From Balanoglossus misakiensis (Eukaryota > Animalia > Hemichordata), in assembly GCA_040954595.2 (NCBI GenBank), contig CM082598.2, positions 2,046,001-2,110,000 of the forward strand: a stretch of DNA of 64,000 nt, given 5' to 3'. Shown in pieces: positions 41,501 to 53,282 of this stretch. Position 1 is the first letter of the stretch. The number at the start of each line of letters is the position of its first letter. The notes under the pieces were generated by a model, which saw only the letters and a program-made list of their open reading frames with translations, had not been told where the DNA came from and made no database searches. The position numbers were made by a program, and so were the translations under genes.

Positions 41501-44500
41501 GATGATTTTCATGGGCCATAACCCATGATTGTTCATGAACAATGAAGAATTGTTGAAATTTTCAAAGTTGAAAAATCTGCATATTTCATCAACAATGAAG
41601 AATTTTTGAAAATTTTCAAAGTTGAAAAATTGGCATATTTTGATGATTTTCATGGGCCATAACCCATGATTGTTCATGAAAAATGAAGAATTGTTGAAAT
41701 TTTCAAAGTTGAAAAATTGGCATATTTCATCAACAATGACGAATTTTTGAAAATTTTCAAAGTTGAAAAATTGGCATATTTTGATGATTTTCATGGGCCA
41801 TAACCCATGATTGTTCATGAAAAATGAAGAATTGTTGAAATTTTCAAAGTTGAAAAATTGGCATATTTCATCAACAATGAAGAATTTTTAAAAATTTTCA
41901 AAGTTGAAAAATTGGCATATTTTGATGATTTTCATGGGCCATAACCCATGATTGTTCATGAAAAATGAAGAATTGTTGAAATTTTCAAAGTTGAAAAATT
42001 GGCATATTTCATCAACAATGAAGAATTTTTGAAAATTTTCAAAGTTGAAAAAGTTGCATATTTTGATGATTTTCATGGGCCATAACCCATGATTGTTCAT
42101 GAAAAATGAAGAATTGTTGAAATTTTCAAAGTTGAAAAATTGGCATATTTCATCAACAATGAAGAATTTTTGAAAATTTTCAAAGTTGAAAAATTGGCAT
42201 ATTTTGATGATTTTCATGGGCCATAACCCATGATTGTTCATGAAAAATGAAGAATTGTTGAAATTTTCAAAGTTGAAAAATTGGCATATTTCATCAACAA
42301 TGAAGAATTTTTGAAAATTGTCAAAGTTGAAAAAGTGGCATATTTTGATGATTTTCATGGGCCATAACCCATGATTGTTCATGAACAATGAAGAATTGTT
42401 GACATTTTCAAAGTTGAAAAATTGGCATATTTCATCAACAATGAAGAATTTTTGAAAATTTTCAAAGTTGAAAAAGTTGCATATTTTGATGATTTTCATG
42501 GGCCATAACCCATGATTGTTCATGAAAAATGAAGAATTGTTGAAATTTTCAAAGTTGAAAAATTGGCATATTTCATCAACAATGAAGAATTTTTGAAAAT
42601 TTTTTTAAGTTGAAAAAGTTGCATATTTTGATGATTTTCATGGGCCATAACCCATGATTGTTCATGAAAAATGAAGAATTGTTGAAATTTTCAAAGTTGA
42701 AAAATTGGCATATTTCATCAACAATGAAGAATTTTTGAAAATTTTCAAAGTTGAAAAAGTGGCATATTTTGATGATTTTCATGGGCCATAACCCATGATT
42801 GTTCATGAAAAATGAAGAATTGTTGAAATTTTCAAAGTTGAAAAATTGGCATATTTCATCAACAATGAAGAATTTTTGAAAATTTTCAAAGTTGAAAAAG
42901 TGGCATATTTTGATGATTTTCATGGGCCATAACCCATGATTGTTCATGAACAATAAAGAATTCTTGAAATTTTCAAAGTTGAAAAATTGGCATATTTCAT
43001 CAACAATGAAGAATTTTTGAAAATTTTCAAAGTTGAAAAAGTGGCATATTTTGATGATTTTCATGGGCCATAACCCATGATTGTTCATGAAAAATGAAGA
43101 ATTGTTGAAATTTTCAAAGTTGAAAAATTGGCATATTTCATCAACAATGAAGAATTTTTGAAAATTTTCAAAGTTGAAAAAGTGGCATATTTTGATGATT
43201 TTCATGGGCCATAACCCATGATTGTTCATGAAAAATGAAGAATTGTTGAAATTTTCAAAGTTGAAAAATTGGCATATTTCATCAACAATGAAGAATTTTT
43301 GAAAATTTTCAAAGTTGAAAAATTGGCATATTTTGATGATTTTCATGGGCCATAACCCATGATTGTTCATGAACAATGAAGAATTCTTGAAATTTTCAAA
43401 GTTGAAAAATTGGCATATTTCATCAACAATGAAGAATTTTTGAAAATTTTCAAAGTTGAAAAATTGGCATATTTTGATGATTTTCATGGGCCATAACCCA
43501 TGATTGTTCATGAAAAATGAAGAATTGTTGAAATTTTCAAAGTTGAAAAATTGGCATATTTCATCAACAATGACGAATTTTTGAAAATTTTCAAAGTTGA
43601 AAAATTGGCATATTTTGATGATTTTCATGGGCCATAACCCATGATTGTTCATGAAAAATGAAGAATTGTTGAAATTTTCAAAGTTGAAAAATTGGCATAT
43701 TTCATCAACAATGAAGAATTTTTGAAAATTTTCAAAGTTGAAAAATTGGCATATTTTGATGATTTTCATGGGCCATAACCCATGATTGTTCATGAAAAAT
43801 GAAGAATTGTTGAAATTTTCAAAGTTGAAAAATTGGCATATTTCATCAACAATGAAGAATTTTTGAAAATTTTCAAAGTTGAAAAAGTGGCATATTTTGA
43901 TGATTTTCATGGGCCATAACCCATGATTGTTCATGAAAAATGAAGAATTGTTGAAATTTTCAAAGTTGAAAAATTGGCATATTTCATCAACAATGACGAA
44001 TTTTTGAAAATTTTCAAAGTTGAAAAATTGGCATATTTTGATGATTTTCATGGGCCATAACCCATGATTGTTCATGAAAAATGAAGAATTGTTAAAATTT
44101 TCAAAGTTGAAAAATTGGCATATTTTGATGATTTTCATGGGCCATAACCCATGATTGTTCATGAAAAATGAAGAATTGTAGAAATTTTCAAAGTTGAAAA
44201 ATTGGCATATTTCATCAACAATGAAGAATTTTTGAAAATTTTCAAAGTTGAAAAATTGGCATATTTTGATGATTTTCATGGGCCATAACCCATGATGGTT
44301 CATGAAAAATGAAGAATTGTTGAAATTTTCAAAGTTGAAAAATTGGCATATTTCATCAACAATGAAGAATTTTTGAAAATTTTCAAAGTTGAAAAATTGG
44401 CATATTTTGATGATTTTCATGGGCCATAACCCATGATTGTTCATGAAAAATGAAGAATTGTTGAAATTTTCAAAGTTGAAAAATTGGCATATTTCATCAA

Positions 44501-45284
44501 CAATGAAGAATTTTTGAAAATTTTCAAAGTTGAAAAAGTGGCATATTTTGATGATTTTCATGGGCCATAACCCATGATTGTTCATGAAAAATGAAGAATT
44601 GTTGAAATTTTCAAAGTTGAAAAATTGGCATATTTCATCAACAATGAAGAATTTTTGAAAATTTTCAAAGTTGAAAAATTGGCATATTTTGATGATTTTC
44701 ATGGGCCATAACCCATGATTTTTCATCAGAAATGAAGAATTGTTGAAATTTTCAAAGTTGAAAAATTGGCATATTTCATCAACAATGAAGAATTTTTGAA
44801 AATTTTCAAAGTTGAAAAATTGGCATATTTTGATGATTTTCATGGGCCATAACCCATGATTTTTCATCAGAAATGAAGAATTGTTGAAATTTTCAAAGTC
44901 ACATATATCACACATCTGAATCAACTCTACATTTTCTCAAATCCTGTTCTGTTCTCATATGTTGCAGGCAAGCGTCTACAGACAGTTGACGTCAGCCCCG
45001 AAGACGCTATGGTCATGGAAGGTGATGATGTCACATTCAAATGCCATGTCGACAACATGGAGGGACAGGTAGTCTGGGGAAAGGACGGCACCGACATGTT
45101 GACAGTCAACCAACTTGTCCTGAAGCACAAAAATCGGATATCTGTCGTCGGGGAGGCGGGAGAATTTGACTTGTTGATCCGAGACGTCCAAGTTGGCGAC
45201 GCCGGCGTGTATAACTGTTTCGTCACTAAGAGCGGAGATAGTCCGAGACTCAAGTCGAGCGATGCAATTTTAACAGTAGTGTAA
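29516..45284 (+). CDS. Secreted single-Ig-domain protein 2 (signal peptide + 13-aa peptide + GKR + Ig), 142 aa, 15.3-kb intron
   Basis: Exon 29516-29627 (MIAKASTTVAVLTLSAVLFVCVDAYLSQPQHTRTHKI, donor AG|GTGAG) joins in phase 1 to exon 44968-45284 (acceptor TTGCAG; GKRLQTVDVSPEDAMVMEGDDVTFKCHVDNMEGQVVWGKDG...FDLLIRDVQVGDAGVYNC...SSDAILTVV*). The Ig exon is certain. The joining is inferred from phase and from identical architecture to gene 1. AATAAA at 46008 is followed by a GT-rich tract. Confidence 0.72.
35852..35931 (+). mobile_element. MITE family A copy 6
   Basis: TTAA-CCCTTTTAC...GTCCAACCATAGAAAACAATGGGTTTGGACTGAACCAAGGTGGTGAAAGGG-TTAA. Confidence 0.75.
39162..44899. repeat. 141-bp AT-rich satellite, ~41 tandem copies, intronic
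   Basis: Near-identical monomers; period 141 nt (seen as a 47-aa period in the artefactual minus-strand ORFs). Each monomer contains AAATTTTCAAAGTTGAAAAATTGGCATATTT twice and a CATGGG-CCATAA-CCCATG hairpin. One shortened unit lies at ~44090-44130. Confidence 0.97.
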
Positions 45285-48222
45285 GGCAATAGGTAACAAC
45301 ACTGCTTGTTTTAAAACCCAGAATATTTTTCCAAATAATATTGTACATCAAGGTTTTGTCAGACTGCTGATAATTTATTCTACAAGAAATGATAGACAGT
45401 TATAGAAGTAGTGAACTTTAGCAGGCTACTTCAGAGACTGTTAATCCTGACACCTATGGACTCTGTTCTCTGTATAAATGACTTCTCTATGCCCCCAGAC
45501 ACGTGTTCACAATTCAAACAAGACATTTCATCCTGAATACAGACATTTCTAAGCTGCCCTACATAGCGTGTCGCTGCGCGCAAGTCTTAAAACATTTATT
45601 GAATTTCCACTCGAGATGGGTATGGTGTTCTCTGTTGATAATTCCTGTAATTCCTATTGTGATAACTGACATCCTTTGTCTGGACGTGACAGTTTCTTCT
45701 TTTGTGGTGGGACTTCTGTATATCGTTTTGCTGTTGGCACATTAAGGTCTCTTTTATATCGAGCTTCTTTTAATGAAAACCCATTAGTCGCACGCTAACA
45801 TTGTTATTTTTCTTTCCCCCGGTAGGTTGCATAGTTAAACATGTATGGACGTTGTCAGTATAGAAGAAGCCTGGTTTTGCAATTTTGAAAACATTATATT
45901 TTTTTTTCTTCATTTTTTTCCCTGGAGACATGATTTTTCACCTTTACTATATTGTAGAACAGGTTTTCTTTGAAAATATTGTTTTTACCACTTTTGTTTT
46001 GTGTATGAATAAAATGTCATAATGTTAAACAAAGTTGTTGTTGGATATGTCTGTTGTGAAAACATTTCTTTTTCAATCATCACCCTGTACATACCAGAAT
46101 GGTGAATTTAAATGCCACCTTTACCAATGAATTTGTTAAGGGGTACGGAGACATAATCTAAAGCATTGTCCGTACGTTAAAGATAATTGCTATTACTGAT
46201 GATTAAATATTGATGAATCAATAGCTGAAAGATATTATAAGGCACTGCAAAGGTGACATTTAATGAGAAAAATGCAAATTAAATACCAATTTAATGAAAA
46301 ACAACAAAAGTCGTCGACCCGCCTGGTATTATAATCCCTACTTTTAGGATGTCCTTTAAGAAATTTCACAATTGTGTAATTAATTGCTTATTTGTGTATA
46401 CATGGCGTCTGGCATTTTCTTTTATTAACATTTTAAACACTGCTATTTATTTTCGCTGTAGTGTAAATATACCATTGGGGTTGGTTCATCAGTCGGGAAA
46501 GAAGTGGGATCCATTATCTATACAGAGTCAATCAAGTGTCACTATTGAGATCAAGTTTCCATTGCCATGAAGTTCACACAGCGTTCACTGATGTTGACAG
46601 GTGTTTCCTTATTCCCAGGAATTTTCAACAACATTTAGATGATGGGGGTGAAATGGATAGACAGATAGATAGATGTGTATGTCTTTGTCAGCCTGTATGT
46701 CTGTCCCTCTCTCTCTTTCTCTGTCCCTCTCTCACACACACACTCTCTCTCACTGATCAACTGGGCCAAATTCTGCTCTTTATTTCTAACATGTTACTTT
46801 TTATTTCCAATTAAATAATCAGGGACTAAAATCGAAGGCAATACATAAACGACAAATACGACATCCTTATGACTTGATTTGCCAAGTTTTGCCACGCATT
46901 AAAATGGCTTTATTGAATATTGAGTCCTTCTGAGGCAGTTGATCAAATTCGCCATCAAGTGGCAGTGGGTGTAAATCATTTCGTTTACACGCAGTCCGAA
47001 TTCCGCCAATTCCTGTAGTCGTCATTGAAAGTGTCCATGTTGGCTGCAAAACACTGTGCAGCAGCCCTGTCACACATGCAGACAGCCTCAGCACATGCAG
47101 GCTGCTGGAAACCCCATGGGTAATCTTCAGCAGGTGCTGCAGACAAAAAGAGAGTACGCCAAATAAAGTCTATGCACCAATAAACAAAGAACAGTCAATT
47201 AACGATTTGATTAACACTGACCATGAAATACCGGTGAACAAAAGCAAACAGCCTTTATATTTGTACCTGTTTGATCAAGTGAGTGTAGACAGGTCAATAG
47301 AAAGATAGAAATTTAATGAGAACGAAAAGCAAACTTGATTAATTATTCACTCAATCAATTAAACCAGCGACCGATTGATTAATTATCAGAACTGCTGATA
47401 GAAAAACTTTATGAATGAATAGATTAATATCGGCGTTTACAAAAGACGGGGGCATTTATTTAGAAAGAAAAGAGATAGTTTGGATAAAAATAAATGTATA
47501 ATTAATGAACTTTCTTATTAATGGTGATAAATTATTGGATTTACCTGATATTAATACTGGGGGCTGTGCAAACAACTTGGGATTTACCCACGCAAATTTT
47601 AATGTCATACTTTTAATATATAGCATTTAGTTTGTGGTATTCATGTGTTAACTGAAATTCCAAACCTTGGCTGTCAATGTTGGAACACAAAAAGCAGAGA
47701 CAGTCTGAGTACACAAAGCATGCCCTCACTACCAAAACACACTCTCCTGTTGTTTTCACTTCAGTACTTACTGCATATTATATCTGCCTGATCCGTACCG
47801 CAATTATATGATTGGTAGTGATACATTGTATAGTACACATTCAGAGAGTTTGGACATACACTATTCGATTCACTCTGCAACACTGCGTAGCAGTTATCGT
47901 GGTAGTAGCAGCATCTGAAAGGATACGCTTTGTTATATGATAAAGTTCTGTCTGTCTGTCAACATCCCCTCCCTCCAACACTGAATCTATGCGCCCATCC
48001 CAATCGCCCTACCAACGCAACATATCAGAATATAATAGAGAGGGTCTAAGTTCCATGATAAATACATACTATAACGGAAATTATGTCGGACTGAGGTCCC
48101 AAAAATTGTCAAGCCTTAGTGAATGACGAACCTTGGACCAAACAGCCGACTCAACGGTAGCGTAAACGTAGCACGATCGAGCCTTGACAGCGTAGACCGG
48201 TCCGTTACAAGTCCTGGTTCGA

Positions 48223-48722
48223 TTTAACGTGCGCTATAAATAGATGTGCCGGGAAAAAAACGGTATAAACTGCTAACCGACCGACCCGAGCGTTGCGCTC
48301 ACACAAAGACCAAGAAAAACCAAGGAATTACGATCCGTAGACAACTAAACCTCTCAGAGGTTACAGAAAAGGTGTTCCCACAAACGTGGGGAAAGGTTTG
48401 AACGAAAATATAAGAAAGATAGAGGTAAAGTACGAATTCAGATCACTACATCCGAGAGCACGAAGCTCACTGTTTAACGTGCGCTATAAATAGATGTGCC
48501 GGGAAAAAAGCGGTATAAACTGCTAACCGACCGACCCGAGCGTTGCGCTCACACAAAGACCAAGAAAAACCAAGGAATTACGAACCGTAGACAACTAAAC
48601 CTCTCAGAGGTTACAGAAAAGGTGTTCCCACAAACGTGGGGAAAGGTTTGAACGAAAATATAAGAAAGATAGAGGTAAAGTACGAATTCAGATCACTGCA
48701 ACCGAGAGCAAGATGCTCACAG
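48223..48722. repeat. 250-bp direct tandem duplication
   Basis: 48223-48472 and 48473-48722 are nearly identical, both starting TTTAACGTGCGCTATAAATAGATGTGCCGGG. Confidence 0.92.
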
Positions 48723-51700
48723 TTCAACCGCCATGTCTCGTCTGAGTTTGGATGTCGAGCTAGGGGAGTCATGTGATACAAGCTCCGCCCCAATCGTGGA
48801 AAATTGACAGTTTCTCTTGCTATAGGGTTTCTCAGACTGAGAATCAGGAAAAAGTCGCATTTCTGGAGATAGGAGTCTGTGCGGGGAGTTGACCTAGCAA
48901 TTCCGTGACAATACGTACATACATGTGCATAGGAGCCTACATACATATTCCATCCATCCATCAATACATACATACATACATTTCTGATAGTAAAAAGACT
49001 CACTGGTCAGTTGCATCCAGTGGCGTTCCTTCTCCACCGAGACCACAGAAACAGCCGTAACCGTTGTAAGCGAGTGTGTTTCCGATGTAACTGTCCCCTG
49101 TAGCACAGGTTATCAAACTGCCAAACTGGGCTACATTCCGCGTGCTGGGGACACCGTGGCTACCAAGGATAGCTGCATTAGGTTAAATAGATGATCCTTG
49201 TTAATTATGCAGGATATCAAGTTTGAGAGGGTGTAATACATGAATTCATGCGTTGTACCTGGTTTTCTGATAACAAGTGGAGAGAGACAGACAGAGAGTG
49301 ACAGGCAGGAAGACAGAGAGGTCTTCCTTCTGAGAAATCCAAACACACGAGTCTGGATTCTAGACCTCTGTGTATCTGATGACGATCTGAAGTCCTACCT
49401 GTAAGTGTTACAGTTAAGAAAATAAGTCCTGCAGTCATTGTGACAAGTTAATCGTCTGGTCTGAAGTGTGGTGCTTGCTATTTCAACGCATTTTATACAT
49501 TTGATGATAAGGTGATCGTCATGATAACTTGATAAGCTGTAAGAACATTGTTTGTTTCCTCAAGGTTGTGAGATTGCTTGTGATATGATAGCTTATCTTC
49601 AATAGCCGAATATTGAAATTCGCAAATTATTGATATTGACGATATTTAGTATAAGCTGTAGCTTCGCATCGTTTTGTTTCATTTTAATATAATCTTAATC
49701 CGTCTTGAGAACCACCAGATGCCATGGTAATCTTCAGACGTCACCTGAGTCACTTTTTCAGATAATCATCGAAAATTACGAAAACCAAGGTAACACATTT
49801 TCACAGTCAAATCTTTGTTGTTAGAAGGGTAGCACATACGACAAATGAATTCTGTCGCCACCCTTCCGCTGTCTATGCTGAAATTGAAAACGTGCGTGAT
49901 TTGCGTGATGACGTAGCGTGAGTACAACCGTCGTGTGTGACATGTATTTGGGCAACCGCGTCATCTTGACGTAACGTATATGCGAGCATGCTATAAGAAA
50001 AACAACGCCAAAAGTACACAAGAAGTTCGACCGTTTCATCGACCTCAAATGTGAGTTCAGGCGATGAAAAGACGCTAAATATGTCGTTAATCTTTTATAA
50101 AAGTCCTGTCACGGCCCAAGCCTGCTGACTTTGTCTTGTGACGTGAAAGGCATAGTCGCGGCGACGGCTATGTTTGCCGGCCAACAAATCTATTCCTTCG
50201 GAGATTGACAATAAGTTGAACTGTGATGTGTTGGAGATAATAAAAAATCTGTCCCTTCTTTGTCGGTTATTATCCAAGCTCTGAAAGGAAATCACGGTTC
50301 AAATTGAATACTGTTGAAGGCGGTTTTTCTGTATGTCCCAGAGCCCGAATGGCATAAAGGGCTCAGATGTGAGGGTCATAACAGAAAGCGGTTTATCGGT
50401 ACAGGCGTGTTCGTTCTTCTATTCTCCGCGGGAATTGTTCGCTCTGCTCGTCCACTTGTTGGCCCTACACAATGTTCTATTCTTCGTGCTCTTTTCATCG
50501 CCCCCTGGCGCAGTCAAGCGATCACAAGCATGCGTATCATAGCTGTTTACTGCGCGTAAGTCAGTTGCTGGGCTCGACCCAAAGTTAATTTTAGTACACA
50601 TATAAAAACAAAATTTGTTTTCTCAACCATTAAAGACAAAAACAGCACGTGGGTTAAATTCGTTCGGTTCTTCATCTTCTCTTTGCTTGTAGTTGTCCAA
50701 GGAATTTTTCGTCGCAGCCTAGCAATTTTGTTGACGTATACGCTTGGTTATTTTCGTTCAACATGTACACAAACCTATCAAAACATTACGGCTCACATCC
50801 TTTGGACAAAGCTTTTTTCTCACACTTATTAATGACGTCACAAGGACTGAGATAAGTGTACCGTTGTTTCTGCAAAATTTGGCGCTAACAAACTTTTCCG
50901 TCCCATGCGCGAAATGGGAGCCGAAACGCATATTGGTCACGTGAGAAAACCTGGATTTAGCGTGATTTCTTACTTTATGAGCACATGGTCGAGCGCAATT
51001 GCAAGACCTGGCAACAGCACCTTGAAGAATTTCTGAACTGTGATTGACAAATTAATTACATCAGCGATATGCCACTCATTGGTTCATGGGGTTAAGCTTA
51101 CTTGAGATTCTGTGGGCGCGTGGAGTTCGTGCTTTACATTGAGACAAGATCGCTGGATTAAAGGGTTACCGTAATATAACGGTCTGTGACCGCGGAACCT
51201 CAGTGAGCCCCGCTCGATAGACAAACGCGCCACGCTGCCTACCTTAGCAACGACTCCATTGAATACAGTTATATAGAAAACTCCGGCTGTGACGAAAGGT
51301 AGTTACCCCAGTCCGCTGACCCTTAGAAGCAGCAATATAGTTGAGGTTAACTGCCTCTATTTGATGCAAACATATTACTCCCCTATTGTGATTAGGGTTG
51401 GGCGCCTATATCCGTCAAAAATTATGACTTATTCTTGTAATCGTACTTCAAGGATACGAGCGGAGCTTCTGGATTATTTCGGAAGAAGATAGCGGCACGC
51501 CAAAGGTGAGTGTTTTGGTCTACGTCTTACTTAGATTTGAGGTTTGTCTACGTGCTCTGTGTGTGTACATACGGTAGCATCAAAACAAAGTTGTGGGCGC
51601 GCGCGCGTTGCGTCCTTGATTTGCACGTCCGCCCTTGAAGTTGACATTTAGGCAATGATCCATGATCGAGGGCCGTAAAAGTTAGCGTCGCCAGGGTCAA

Positions 51701-53282
51701 GCGGACAGACGATATTGAGGACAACCGATGGCCTCTCTAGAGACACGGCCATGGCAGGGGATATTTGTGCAGACATGTGTGGTTGATTTGACGACATGAA
51801 AGAAGCCAGAATAAATCAAAGTTATCTAGGTTATTTCAGTTGACGCTTTCAAGCTACTGGTATACTGCATTATGTACGTCCCGAAAATCTCTCACTTTCC
51901 ACAACACGCACCTTGAATGGTATATAACTCTTCAGTTCGTTAAAATTTCTACCCCTTATGGCGATTCTACCCCTACAGTTATTCTACTCATATTATGTTC
52001 CATCCAGCATAAGTCAAACATTTCTTCTCAGTTCCTCAACCACGTGTAAATGTCAAAAATGTTACGATTATTGCTTTTTTGGCCCAGCACGAGAAGAGCT
52101 TTCTTTTCGAATTTCAGTTCAAAGCTCTGTTGAGGCCCACGTTATCAATAAACACCCCAATTGCACGTTCTACCAAAGCGTTGGTAGTTAATTGAACGAA
52201 AGACCAGGAACTCCACTGTTGACTGGAAGAAAAAAAATGCTTTCAATCTTGAAAATCGCAGCGATAACTGAGCGTGAATATAACCCCATAAAATGTTTCC
52301 TGTTGTGGCCTATTACGTTAACAGCTTTCTGAACTTTTCCACTTTCAAAATAATTGAAAGACCGTTTGCTCTTTAGCTTGTATTATAGCTGGAGGAAATC
52401 GGCTTAGAGTTGTGTTTTAGGCCTAAATAATTAAGTAGGTAAATGTGTACTCGTAAAACTGAAACGTGTCCGGCGACATTTTGCAATGAATTCCCTCATT
52501 GTAGATTGGGTGTCACAGTGGCGTAAAGTCTTACTGACTGGTAAACCTACAGACGACGAGCAGACTTGCAGACTATTAGAAATGTCACCGTACAAATGAA
52601 AGATTGTTTATTAATCGAATGAGTACTCCCAAGCGACGTCCTCAAGACGAGTGGCATTCTGGAGATCGTTGACGGTCTGTGAGAGTTCCAATGCTTGTGT
52701 TGATCGATTTGTCATTGAAGTGTCAGCTGTGTTCAAGTCTCGCTGAGAGCGAGCATTCGTGTCTTGAAATCGAAATGAGGCTTCTTGGAGAACGCTTTGG
52801 GAGTAGAACTTTGAAGTCGCGATGCGCAAAACAGAAAAAAACGCAGAAATAATACTTTACGACTACTGGGGGATCGCTTGAGGGCGAATCACTCGGAAAG
52901 GACTGTGCCTTGCTCGCTTTTCGCTACTGTGTTGAGCTTACCAGTGTTTGAGGTCTCTCTGACCGCCCCAGATTCCAAACTATAACAAACGTCAGCGATT
53001 GAGACTTGTCGCTATAGCTGTTTCTTTAGGGTTAGTAATCCCCACATATCTGAGCTACTTAAAAGGTCATAAGTTAGATCCCGCGAGAGAAGAAACTGGT
53101 AGCGATTCACTCAATGGTGTATGCCTTGTCTGTGTAATGTCGTCAAACGCTCGCCTCTGGGAGTAACGCTTGAAATTATTGAAAAAGTTCTTTCACGAGA
53201 GACACTGTCATATATGGCAAAACAACATTATTGCTCCTATTCTAATCTTCATTAATTTTTTTGCAGACGACTTAGTTCAAGG

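Noticed and set aside
39152-44924. Long minus-strand ORFs (183-782 aa) with MNNHGLWPMKIIKICQFFNFENF repeats
   Set aside because: Artefact of a 141-bp (47-codon) satellite that lacks stops in one frame. The frame is broken by sporadic stops and a frameshift, and I see no gene signals.
48140-48225. tRNA gene or SINE head with GGTTCGAT
   Set aside because: Imperfect B box, poor A box and no cloverleaf.
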